From Macrostomum lignano (Eukaryota): 64,000 bases of DNA. Below are positions 1 through 10,670 of the stretch, one piece after another. The stretch covers positions 62,001-126,000 of the forward strand of contig NIVC01000254.1 in the NCBI GenBank assembly GCA_002269645.1, written 5' to 3'. The position numbers and the translations under genes are program-made. The notes under the pieces are model-generated. The model made no database searches, was not told the origin of the DNA, and saw only the letters and a list, made by a program, of their open reading frames with translations. Numbering within the stretch: the stretch's first letter is position 1; each line of letters starts with the position of its first letter.

Positions 1-82
1 GTGCGTGCTCTGGCATTGTCCTGTGTCCGCCGAAAATACAATCCCTTGGATACTTCGATTCTGCGAAGACTAAGTTAGTACA

Positions 83-885
83 TCTATATACTAGTTGTGA
101 GATGTCTCTGTCTGTCTGTGCGATGATTTTTTAAAAAAAACGGCTCAACCGATTTGCGCCATTTGATCACAAATTGTCAGCAATCGGTATGGTTAAAATT
201 ATTAGTGTCTACGTCATTTCCAAGTACAGTTAAATAAAAAAAACTATTTTTACTATCTAAATAGTGTATTTTTCTGGCAGTCAGAGCTCAAACTTCAATT
301 TTATGTCTGGCCAATTTTTCTGCTTCTGCTGATACTCAAGTCCAGAGTAGGGAAGTGAGAGCAGTCCTAACCAGAGGTCACATTGCTTAATCCTCACTCT
401 GTCTATCTATCGAAACTATCAAAACCATGGCCCGTCGTGGAGGTGCTAGCAATCTAAAAAGGAGCCGTGTAGCTAAGCAAAAACGTCAAAGCGAAACGGA
501 AGTCCAGCGCGAGGCCCGGCTGCAAGCTGGTCGCCAGCGCGAAGCTGAGCGTCTGGCCAAGGAGTCTGACGGGGACACTGAAGCCCGACGGATGCGTTGG
601 AGAAACCCTTCAGAAAAGAGAAGGGCTTCTGAGCCCAAAAGATTTCAAATGTGCCCGGGACGGTACATGTATTTTTACGTATTAAGCTCTAGCTCATTGC
701 TAGGGGGATTAAATATTCGAAAAACTGTACTTTCCCTATCTAATTAGTGTTTTTTTCTCGCAGTGAGAGCTCAATACGTCTATGGCCATAGACTAAACTT
801 TAATTTCTTGAGCTGATGCTACGAGCTATAAATAATTAAATATTCGAAAACATGCCCTTTTGCATAAGGGAGCGATATCAGCCAG
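83..885 (+). mobile_element. Non-autonomous Helitron (Lep1-like) carrying a short STPR-like ORF
   Basis: 5' end A|TCTATATACTAG at 83 followed by a (CTGT)n stretch and the GGCTCAACCGATTT motif typical of Lep1-type Helitrons. 3' hairpin CCCTT-ttgcat-AAGGG (855-870), then CCAG|T at 882-886 (a variant of CTRR). A|T target. ORF 427-747 has ETEVQREARL...ETEARR-type repeats. Confidence 0.6.
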
Positions 886-1472
886 TTAACCAATCACACC
901 CCAACAGCGAAAGAGACGAACAGCGGGCAGGCAAAGGTCTATGGCCCGAAGCAGCGCGAGAGGTTGGGAAAGCGACCCCGTAGTAACGATAAGTTTATTT
1001 TGCAAGCAAACGAGATTAAAAGAAAAAGAATGTGCTTAAAAAAATTTTGAGCTGCAAAGCCAAAGCGAGCGACGGGGCACAGAGGGCGGCGTGCAAATAA
1101 ATAAGCGGGTGAGCAAACCCCTCCCCCACCTCACGGGGGGTAGAGAGGACGGAGCACAAAGGCGGCACAATGTACAGCGCGAGGGGTGGATGGCTAACAC
1201 CCATTTCACTCCAGGCTCACAAAAGAGCCTAAGAGAAATGGAGGCATTAACCAATCACACCCCAACAGCGAAAGAGACGAACAGCGGGCAGGCAAAGGTC
1301 TATGGCCCGAAGCAGCGCGAGAGGTGGGGAAAGCGACCCCAACCCCGAAAAAAAGGAGGAGAAAAGGAGAGAACAGGAAGATAAAAGCAAGGAGGCAGCA
1401 AAAGTAAGCGAAACCAGGCCACGAACGCCAAGGTAAAACGCCAAAGGGTCAATAAAACGAGCGAGTAAGCAG

Positions 1473-2561
1473 TCAAGAGGCCAGGCAGGCAGCGACCTGC
1501 CGAGCTGCTGCCCGACGGCGGGCAAATGACGCCTCATCAGAGAAATACCGAAAGACGCAGTCTGAACGCAAGTCGCCCATGCAACGGATGTCGGCGATTG
1601 AGAGGCCTGACTGAAAGGCAGCGCTGGCCCCGCCTCTACGCAGACTGTGACCCGAGAAGCCGCACTCGCCAAAGCCGCACATAGACATGCCCCGCTTTAG
1701 GAGCCGGATGAACATAGCGGCAGACAAGAGAGTCCGGCCGCGGCTGCCTAGGACAGAAAACAGGGGCTGCCGCGGTCCGTAGATTTGATTCTCGCGCAGA
1801 TCAGTTGCTAGTGCGGAAGCGGGACAGATAAGCAGGCATTCAGAGGCCTGCGGCAGAAATACTTCCAGTTGCCGCTCCTTGAATTGGTTTGTCTTTGACC
1901 TGTTGAGCACCAGCCGCAGACCACCGGGGCACGCTGATAGGCAGCTCCGGGGAAGAGCGTCCGCAGCGGTGGATGGTAAGAGCTCGCCGAGCCTAAGGAC
2001 TCCCCACCAGGCCACCAGCAATGCTGCCTTGAAGGCGGCCAGCAGACGGGGCGGCAGCGAATGACGTAGCTCGGTGGAGCTGCAAAGCAGGCGGAGGTGG
2101 CTGGGCTTCAGCGGCGTCGCACGCCGAGGCTGCCGGCTCAGAAGACGCCGAGCCCCGCGACACACGAGAGCCAGGCGAGCGCTGCCCTTGGTCGGGTCTG
2201 GTGACGCGGAAGCCCTATGTAGGTAAGACACCGCGCTGAGGCTTGACTGCACACTGGAGTAGGACGCTGGTCCACGTTGTAACAGGAACGAGACAAATTG
2301 GCAGACATCAGACTCGGAGGCGGCGGTCGCGGGAATTCGACGCTGCCGGCAGAATTCGTTCCAGACTTGTAAGCGGCTCGCATAGGACTTCCTGGAACTA
2401 GGCGCTAGTGACAGGTGGCACAGAGCGGACACAGACACGGTGGATCGGAGCGGAGCGCGGCTGCGACCTGCGAATGAAGAGCGGTGCGAGACACGGCAGA
2501 AATGGTGTGGGAAGCAAATTCGAAAGGACAAATGCATAAAGAGCCGTAAAGACGGCAGCAA
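1473..2561 (-). CDS. Tyrosine recombinase (YR) of the Ngaro element
   Basis: SAM-like N-terminal domain (SSRKSYASRLQVWNEFC), WGVLRLGELL (Arg), RSKTNQ (Lys), GHSLRRGGA (HxxR) and terminal FRY (Tyr). Overlaps the end of the RT ORF; first ATG at 2537. Confidence 0.92.
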   Translation of the reverse strand: MLPSLRLFMHLSFRICFPHHFCRVSHRSSFAGRSRAPLRSTVSVSALCHLSLAPSSRKSYASRLQVWNEFCRQRRIPATAASESDVCQFVSFLLQRGPASYSSVQSSLSAVSYLHRASASPDPTKGSARLALVCRGARRLLSRQPRRATPLKPSHLRLLCSSTELRHSLPPRLLAAFKAALLVAWWGVLRLGELLPSTAADALPRSCLSACPGGLRLVLNRSKTNQFKERQLEVFLPQASECLLICPASALATDLRENQIYGPRQPLFSVLGSRGRTLLSAAMFIRLLKRGMSMCGFGECGFSGHSLRRGGASAAFQSGLSIADIRCMGDLRSDCVFRYFSDEASFARRRAAARQVAACLAS

Positions 2562-4171
2562 AAATTAATGAGCTCTCTGCTCGAGCCCCCCATTCTAGAA
2601 GCGGAGTCGCTCAGCAGCTGCATCTGGCCAGTAAGGTGGAACGCCTGGAGCTGAATTCCCGACGTGAGGCACACGAGAGCAACGGTCTGATAGATGCGAA
2701 TGAGCAGAGGATGCCGACAGGAAAGCTTATTGACCATGCCGACGGCAGCAGTGCTGTCCGAGTAAATCACCACACGGCTGTTCCTAAGCTGCTCGCGGAA
2801 GCGCAGGATGGTAAGCAGCGGAGCCAGCGCCTCCTTGTGGTTGATGTGAAGGTCGCGGAATTTGCTCTCGAAGTCCTTCTCCCAGCTGAAGTACGTCCAG
2901 TCACTGAATTCGCTGCCAAAGACGATGCCAGCGGCACCCTCGCAACTGCTATCAGATTCGATGGCCACAAGTTGACGAAAACGGGGGCGAATGACCGTCG
3001 GCGGCAGAGAACTCACGACGCGCAGCCACCAGAGGAAGATGTTGCGAAGCTCAGATGGCAGCCGGGTGTCCATTCTGCAGCTGAGGATGTCGAAGAGCGG
3101 GCGCAGGAAAGGACGCAACAGCCTGTTGATCTGGCTGAGCCAGCACAACTTACCGGCCAGTTTTTCGAGCTGCTTCAGTTTAACAACGTCACGTGACAGG
3201 CAATCGTTCAGCAGTTTCCGAATGTCGTCTTTCTTGTTGCTTGGAAGTGACAGGGTGCCGTTCACAGTGTCAACCAGCACGCCGAGAAACACAACGTGTT
3301 GAGCTGGAGCCACGGTCTTCTGCCAGTTGATGTCGAAGCCTAAGTTCTGCAGCAGATCAACCAGATAATTGAAGGCCTCCTGAGCCGCTTCTTCAGTATC
3401 ACCGGCGACTGCCCAGTCGTCCAAGTAGTTGACGGTAGCTGTGAAGCCAATGCTGAACATGTGGCGCTTGATGCAGGCCGATAAGCGATGGAAAATCTCA
3501 CATGACGCTCGAGCACCAAAGGGCAACCGAGTGTCAACGAGCACCGAGTCATCGCTGTCGGCAGAGAACCGCCAGCTGAGGCCCGTGAGCACCTGGTCGT
3601 CAGGGTGAATACCGACGGAACGATAGGCCTGCTTGAGGTCGATTTTGCCGATAAACGAGTTTGGGCGAAGATAGCGGGTCAGGTCTTGGACAGAGGCGAA
3701 GCGCAGCCCCTTTTCCTGCTCATAGCTGTCGTTGACGGAGGACCCCGAAGGTCTAGAAAGGTCATGAATGACCCGGACACTGCCGTCAGATTTTGGAATC
3801 GCCCCGATGGCGTTCACCATGACAGGGCCATTGGCGAGCTGCAAGCGGCCGAGACGGAGCTCCTCGGCGAGCTGTTCACCAACCTGCTTGGCTTGGTCCA
3901 AGGCCGATCGGTAGTTGGCGGAGCGGGCAAGAAAAGGCGGCGATCTATTGATGAGCCGAAAGCCGTAGCTAAGGCCGCTGCGAAGAAAATTTTCGTCTTG
4001 GTCACCCAGAAGCAGCGGCTCCCAGGCGGCAAGGTTCATGTCGGACGACAGAGCGCGGCGCGGTGGAGAGAGCAGGTTGCGAGCAGGGCAATGAGCAGAT
4101 GGAGGCAAGATAAAAGGTGACGGCGAACGGGGGTTAAAAGCAGGGCGGCTATAAAAAAGATCTAGTTTTTT
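2405..4171 (-). CDS. Ngaro reverse transcriptase / RNase H
   Basis: RT motifs RVIHDLS, KIDLKQAYR, LPFG and YLDD. RNase H acidic residues in ESDSS, HKEAL, YSDST and LSDSASR. The frame is open back through the gag stop to the slippery site at 4165-4171; the first in-frame ATG is at 4039. Confidence 0.92.
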   Translation of the reverse strand, partial: KKLDLFYSRPAFNPRSPSPFILPPSAHCPARNLLSPPRRALSSDMNLAAWEPLLLGDQDENFLRSGLSYGFRLINRSPPFLARSANYRSALDQAKQVGEQLAEELRLGRLQLANGPVMVNAIGAIPKSDGSVRVIHDLSRPSGSSVNDSYEQEKGLRFASVQDLTRYLRPNSFIGKIDLKQAYRSVGIHPDDQVLTGLSWRFSADSDDSVLVDTRLPFGARASCEIFHRLSACIKRHMFSIGFTATVNYLDDWAVAGDTEEAAQEAFNYLVDLLQNLGFDINWQKTVAPAQHVVFLGVLVDTVNGTLSLPSNKKDDIRKLLNDCLSRDVVKLKQLEKLAGKLCWLSQINRLLRPFLRPLFDILSCRMDTRLPSELRNIFLWWLRVVSSLPPTVIRPRFRQLVAIESDSSCEGAAGIVFGSEFSDWTYFSWEKDFESKFRDLHINHKEALAPLLTILRFREQLRNSRVVIYSDSTAAVGMVNKLSCRHPLLIRIYQTVALVCLTSGIQLQAFHLTGQMQLLSDSASRMGGSSRELINFCCRLYGSLCICPFEFASHTISAVSRTALHSQVAAALRSDPPCLCPLCATCH

Positions 4172-5226
4172 GCTCCCTCCACAGCGTCGCCGCCGACGCT
4201 GGCCGGACGGTGCTGGTGTGCGGGGTGCGGCCGGCCGCAGTCGCGCAGCTTGCAGACGTGACGGTACCTACAGGAGGACCGCTGGCAGCCGGCAGGGGAG
4301 TTGTAGCTTAGGCAGATGGGAGCTTGCGACTGGTTGGATGCTGGTCTGCTTAGGGTGACTTTTAAGTTTCTTGGTGCGTTAAGGTGTCGGTGGTACAGCT
4401 GTGGAGGCTCGCAGCCCCAACGATGCGAATCCGAGTCTGCGATCAACTTTCTGTAATCCTCATCGAATTCCCACACGACACTTGGGCTGTAGTTAGCGTC
4501 TAAGAGCTCGCCGATCTTCTGTGAGTACTCCAGATAGCCTTTTAGTTCGTCAACATTGACAGATCCATCCTCATTAATGTGAATCAGCGACCCATCATCA
4601 ACTAGTCGAAGCAAAATCTTAGAGTTCCCTGCAATCCACTGGCCGACAGAGATTTTCCCCAAGCTGGGTGGCTGCTTCTTAAAGACCAGGTTCCCGTTCT
4701 CCATGCAGGCTGTGAGGCTCTCATTAGGTTGATTTGAACTGGGCTTGACAAAATCGCGAATCAGATAAGCCCTGCTAGGCTTTTTGTCACACTGGCTTCT
4801 GCCGGGATCTGTAAGAGCGCCGCCTAACAAAAACGCCTCATGCAAGCCAGCATTTTCTCTCCGCTCACCTTGTTGTGGAGGTTCCTGAGACCGGTGGATC
4901 TGCGACTGATTGAGCTCGCTTTGCAGTTGTGCGCGGCGCCGAGTCAGGGCTTCAATCTCCAGCTGCTCGACCTCCTTCCTCAGAGCCGCCAGGTCGCTCG
5001 CCGCGCTCCCTGAAGCTCCGTGTCCACCCGTCGAATGTCCACCGTCGATGGTGTCTGAGTTGAGGCTTGCGTCGTGACTTTTTGCTGCAGCTGGATACTC
5101 AGACATAGCACACAGGTGTCTGTGTAGACGCTCATAGAGTTGTTGTTTACGACCAGCTTGTGAGAGGCCTCGCTGAGCTAGCTCTTGTTTGAGCTGTTTA
5201 GTTGTAAAATTGCGTGCACTTTCCAT
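4162..5226 (-). CDS. Ngaro Gag-like protein (N-terminal SAP-like motif, coiled coil, C-terminal Cys/His zinc-finger region)
   Basis: ATG at 5226 just inside A1. FTTKQLKQELAQRGLSQAGRKQQLYERL matches the SAP pattern. C-terminal CLSYNSPAGCQRSSCRYRHVCKLRDCGRPH. Confidence 0.85.
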   Translation of the reverse strand: MESARNFTTKQLKQELAQRGLSQAGRKQQLYERLHRHLCAMSEYPAAAKSHDASLNSDTIDGGHSTGGHGASGSAASDLAALRKEVEQLEIEALTRRRAQLQSELNQSQIHRSQEPPQQGERRENAGLHEAFLLGGALTDPGRSQCDKKPSRAYLIRDFVKPSSNQPNESLTACMENGNLVFKKQPPSLGKISVGQWIAGNSKILLRLVDDGSLIHINEDGSVNVDELKGYLEYSQKIGELLDANYSPSVVWEFDEDYRKLIADSDSHRWGCEPPQLYHRHLNAPRNLKVTLSRPASNQSQAPICLSYNSPAGCQRSSCRYRHVCKLRDCGRPHPAHQHRPASVGGDAVEGAKN

Positions 5227-5519
5227 AATGGTAAAAATTTTGAGCTGCAAAGCCAAAGCGAGCGACGGGGCACAGAGGGCGGCGTGCAAATAAATAAGCG
5301 GGTGAGCAAACCCCTCCCCCACCTCACGGGGGGTAGAGAGGACGGAGCACAAAGGCGGCACAATGTACAGCGCGAGGGGTGGATGGCTAACACCCATTTC
5401 ACTCCAGGCTCACAAAAGAGCCTAAGAGAAATGGAGGCATGCACTTTAAAAGTATTGAAGTATTGCGCCACTTTATAGTATATGCAAAGGGGAGAGAAAT
5501 GCTCAGTGGCTGCGTGCTG

Positions 5520-6275
5520 TTGGGGGGATGCTTGCTGTCTGGGGGATGCTTGCTGTCTGGCGGATGCTTGCTGTCTGGGGGATGCTTGCTTTCTAGATCT
5601 GGGGGATTGCTTGCTGTCTAGATCTGGGGGATTGCTTGCTGTCTAGATCTGGGGGATTGCTTGCTGTCTAGATCTGGGGGATTGCTTGCTGTCTAGATCT
5701 GGGGGATTGCTTGCTATCTATGGGATGCTTTCTGTCTGGGGGATTGCTTGCTGTCTGGGGGGATGCTTGCTGTCTGGGGGATGCTTGCTGTTTGGGGGAT
5801 GCTTGCTGTCTGGGGGGATGCTTGCTGTCTGGGGGATGCTTGCTGTCTGGGGGATGCTTGCTGTCGAGGGATGCTTGCTGTCTAGATCTGGGGGATTGCT
5901 TGCTGTCTAGATCTGGGGGATTGCTTGCTATCTATGGGATGCTTGCTGTCTGGGGGATTGCTTGCTGTCTGGGGGGATGCTTGCTGTCTGGGGGATGCTT
6001 GCTGTTTGGGGGATGCTTGCTGTCTGGGGGATGCTTGCTGTCTGGGGGATGCTTGCTGTCTGGGGGATGCTTGCTGTCTGGGGGATGCTTGCTGTCTGGG
6101 GGATGCTTGCTGTTTGGGGGATGCTTGCTGTCTGGGGGATGCTTGCTGTCTGGGGGATGCTTGCTGTCTGGGGGATGCTTGCTGTCTGGGGCATCGCTTG
6201 CTGTCTGGGGCATCGCTTGCTGTCTGGGGCATCGCTTGCTGTCTGGGGCATCGCTTGCTATCTGGGGGATCGCTT
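5520..6275. repeat. Minisatellite, 18-bp unit GGGGATGCTTGCTGTCTG with 21-bp CTAGAT-containing variants
   Basis: Direct tandem copies visible; accounts for the periodic ORFs at 5439-6357. Confidence 0.95.
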
Positions 6276-6922
6276 GCTACATTACATCATTATTAAAATT
6301 ATTACATTCTTTTTTTTGCTCCCCAACGGGGGACGTAGATTGCTAGTGCCAAACTAAGTTATTTCTCGTCATAGATACAATCAAATATACGCTCGTACGT
6401 CTTCGAGCAGTTGGAAGATTAGATTCGGACATGCTATGTTAGATAGCTCTAATAAAACCTGGTCTTTGGTATGATCTAAATTGTCAAATAAATAAGCTCG
6501 AACGTAAGAAACTATCAGGTTCGTCACATTAAATTCAAATTACTGTCGCACGTATTCAGAGGTTCTTTCACATTTGCCAGAATTGCAAAACTAATGCGCA
6601 TATATTGGAGGGCCGAAGGAACCAGCTTGCAGACGAATAGTCTAAGGAACCAATTGTGGGAGAAGAATTGGTGCTATATTTACCAAGTTTATTTACCATA
6701 AACTTGTATTTACAAGTTTACTTGTATTTATATTTACCATATTTACCAATATAGGAAAAATATTATAACATTTCTTTCACAATTGAATTTTAAATGACGA
6801 GTCCTAAATTGACATAGCTATGAGCCAATCCTGAAAAAGTAAACAAGGCGATGGAAACAACTGGACAAACTCGATCCAGTGGAAACCCCGCTTCAGGAAT
6901 TGGAGGCGACAGGGTAGTAAAA

Positions 6923-7215
6923 TTAGTGAATTGCCGTTCGGGCAGGTAGCCTTACAGAGCGTTTAAAAAATTGGCTTTTGTCATTATTTTGGCTGGAATT
7001 TAAAGGAAGTAGCTTCGACTAATAGTCATTTAATTTAATATAGTTTAGTCCGGTTCTTTGTCTTAAAGATCACGCACACACGTAGTAGATTGTCCTCATT
7101 TTTCAGTAGTTATTCTGATCGAATGGTGCAAGTTCGAAGAAAATCGGTTGAGCTGTTTTTCTGAAAGCTATCACGCACATACCTGCCTACCGACAAACTA
7201 TTTTTACTATATGGA
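6923..7215 (-). mobile_element. Short non-autonomous Helitron (Lep1-like)
   Basis: Minus strand begins A|TCCATATAGTAAAA, contains GCTCAACCGATTT (shared with the element at 83), and ends with hairpin TGCC-cgaac-GGCA then CTAA|T. Confidence 0.45.
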
Positions 7216-8167
7216 TTTTTACGAGCGTATTTTTGGTGAATTCTCTTTCCTCTTACGGATTGGTTTGTGTCAATTACGACTTCCCATTGGCTGTTTCAAT
7301 TCGAATGTTTCTATTGGGATATTTCTCCCTCTTAGCTTGGCCAATTACGCCTTTACTCTTTGCTCTTACACTATTGGCTCTTAGACTAATCGTCTCGTGC
7401 TCTTGGCTTTCTCTCTTCCTGTCCAATGAGCATTCGCTCTTAGCTTCTGGCAAATAAGGAAAGACTTAAACAAACTCTGCTTATTCAGTTTATTTATTAG
7501 AAAAGTGGGTTTGAACCAAAATTCGGTGGGCCTCTAGGGCGCAAAACGGCTTGTATTTATAGCAAAAATGGGGTTGGGGGATGGGGCGCATTCAAACCAA
7601 AGTCTTGATAATTTCGTTTCCTAAGGGTTCTAAAAAAAGTTCAAAACTACTTGCCTCTCTCAATAGTTTACAAAATTCTGAAAATTTGTTTTTAGAAACG
7701 TTGTACATACTCAACAACATTAAAAAAGTCGCCACCTTTGAGAGTGCGCAGTAAAATCTAGCTCAGTATTGACTTCTGAGTGGCTAATTAATAAAAATTC
7801 CGGTATCGAATTCGTCAAGTATCGACTAACATACAGCAAAGTTTTTACATCAATTTCTGATTAATATTCTAGGCGGCACAGAAAGTATATTTAGGCTGCG
7901 GGTCCTCTAATACCTATTGAACACCTATAGTTTATAAGTAATGATAATAATAATATTATTAATTTACTATAAAATACGAGCTAATATGAATAGTAAACTT
8001 TATTTTAACTGTTTCATGAACCTCGAAGTTCTAATACAGAAATTATTTTCTTGAAACTGAACTAACTGGTACGTTGTTTACCAAAAATTTGCGCCTATAT
8101 TTGCACGAAGTTGCCTCTGCTTCACCACGGGAAGTGTGGCAGAACATTTTCTAAAGCGCGCTACAGC

Positions 8168-10636
8168 ATGAACTTTCAAATCGTCACTAAGATAGTGTCG
8201 GTAATTGCTATCCTTTTCTCCAAAACTGTCCGGGTCACTGGTAAGTTGTCATAAAACATATCGTCTATGCGTACTTTTTTAGCATTTGCGACTCTTTGAC
8301 TTTAAGTTAAACTCTAATAATTTTAATTGAATAGTAGGCTATGCTCAACAATTAAATAAAGCTCGATTACTATACTATTATTGTAGATTGATTCATATAA
8401 TTAAATCGACATTTGCGAAAATATTTGAGCTACCGGGATACTAATTTATTTGTGCCACATATTTAACAGCGTCATGAGCTTCTAGTTCAGTCAGAAAAGC
8501 AAATTAATATTTAACTTATTGTTTAGTTTATAGCTAGGCTAGCTATTAAACGGGCCTCATAGTTTTGTAGTAACTGTACACATCACGAAAATCATATAGC
8601 GGACTAAAGAATTTTTAATTTATAGATTTAATTATTTATTAAGATTACCACAATACTAATCACATCCATATTTGATGTTTCTCGCTGTGATATCATTATA
8701 TTACTGTACTGCCTAGGATGTTCACCTTGCTTAATCTTTTAACTTTTTGTGACAGACAAAATACCTTTGAATTCCCTTCAGGTACCTGTCCGAGCAGAGA
8801 ATTATTTTCATCAACCGGGGTTGTAGCCTGCCCAGACAGCGCGAACTCCAGTAGTCTGTACTCGAGCAACCTGGACGCTCGCTGGGTGATACGAACACCT
8901 GGAATTAAGGTTATTCGCTTTTTAAAATTAGACCTAGAAGAATGCTGCGACAAAATTCGTATATATGATGGTACCGACATGAATATAACAGACTATGAAC
9001 GGTTCAGGCTTTCACACAGAGCTGACGCTAGCTCGGAGTTCTGGGTGACAGGGACAACTATTATTCGCTTTACATCTGACAGATCGATTGTGAGGACTGG
9101 CTTTCGACTTCAGTTCGATACGACGCTTCTAGAGAGTTCAAAGCTAAGAGGTTGGACACATTAACCCTTAATAAATAGATTGTATTTCATACCTAGTTGG
9201 CTCTTCTCACTGTGCTAATGATATATACATGTACATGCAACATGCTAGCTAAGTTGATAACATCAATTTAATATCACCCCTAATCCCCGTTTTATATTAT
9301 TACTCGATTTGCCAGCTGCTACAGAGCTCATTAAGCAACGGAGTGGATATCGGAAAAGCCATACAAGCTTTGGGGCACAGTTATATCCAAATGACTTTAA
9401 ACTAAGTTGGAGTATCAACATTCCAAGTGGATATTATATGACGTTAAAGTTCCTTAAATTTGAAACCCAATCCAGCTACGACTATCTCAGATTGTATTCT
9501 GGCACTGTACCAAACGTATCAAGCTATGTTTTGAACGAATTTTCGGGAAATCGAACAATCAAAACACTAAAGCTTCGGCACAGCGTAACTCTCGTCTTTA
9601 CGACTAACAGCTGGTCAACTAGCACAGGATTTATTTTTGAGTTTACTGTCATCGAAGAAAGTGAGCATTTGATTCTTTGTTTATGCAGTAGGTGTATTAG
9701 CAAAAAAATCAATTAATTCTTCCACATAAATGCAGGCTTCTATAAGAATATTTCTACTAAACAGCCTTGGTAGAAATACGCTCGTATTAGTCTGAATTTT
9801 TTGCATGGTATTTAGAAAGCTTTGTGCTTACGAAAAATTTATAGCCTCACATTTATACGTGAATATGGATTTTCATTTGCACATCTTTAGAAAATAAAAT
9901 ATAGAACGCATAAACATAGAAATATAGAATATAGAAATATAGAATATAGAAATATAGAAATATAGAATAAAATATCTCTACATATAAAATCAAAACGTAG
10001 AATATAGAAAATAGTTTTAAACAGCAGTCGCTCTATAGGTGAGACAACAATAGAACCATAAAAATATTTAATTTATTTTTTTCAACCAAGTAGGTGCTTG
10101 AAAATATACTCGTACAATTGTATTCTACTCGACACAGCGCCCAGCTCCTGAAATTTTCAGACTCGTGTTCTGAAAAACTGCTATTATCCGATCAAGAAGG
10201 TACCGTGATCAGTGGCAGTACTGAAAATAATAATAAATCATTATCAGTAATAAACCAAACCGACAATCTAAAAATAGACCGGTGCTGGTTAATTAATTCC
10301 AGTCTGAGCGAAATTGCAATCATTCACTTCCATAGTCTGGTCTTGGAGCCATACTGCGGTTTCATTTACATTTATGGGAACACAGATGTTCCATTGGAAG
10401 ACAGGATGCTGTATCGACTTACAAGTGCAAGTAACGCTGCAGAGTCTGAGTTTCAGCTCCATAGTGCGACGCTTATCCGATTCAAAGCAAACGCAACTGG
10501 ATACAAGAAAGCTTCGCTTGAGTTTTCATTCAGAAGGCAAAGCATAAGAAGAATATTGTTTCTGAATGGTAAGTACAGGAGCGAAGTTGAACAATTTGTT
10601 TTGATTAGGTCTGCTCCACGTTATTATAATGTCACG

Positions 10637-10670
<34 letters not shown>

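Larger units (their letters stand above)
886..5440 (-). mobile_element. Ngaro-type tyrosine-recombinase (DIRS order) retrotransposon, full length
   Basis: Split direct repeats in the order A1 (5440-5233), ORFs, B1 (1340-1247), A2 (1247-1040), B2 (979-886). A copies are 208 bp and appear identical; B copies are 94 bp with 1 mismatch. ORFs are gag, RT/RNase H and YR, with no methyltransferase domain after RNase H, which fits Ngaro rather than DIRS1/PAT. Confidence 0.93.

Noticed and set aside
1473-2561. Phage integrase, prophage or bacterial contamination
   Set aside because: The YR sits with gag and RT inside split direct repeats, which is a eukaryotic Ngaro element.
1879-4358. Plus-strand ORFs overlapping the Ngaro genes (2636-3196, 3605-4120 and others)
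   Set aside because: Antisense shadows of GC-rich coding sequence with no recognisable motifs.
5439-6357. Periodic ORFs (CLLSGG, RQQASP, GDACCL)
   Set aside because: Translations of the 18-bp minisatellite, open in several frames on both strands.
7220-7460. CCAAT-rich stretch as an LTR or promoter
   Set aside because: No TG..CA boundaries, target duplication or associated ORF could be defined.
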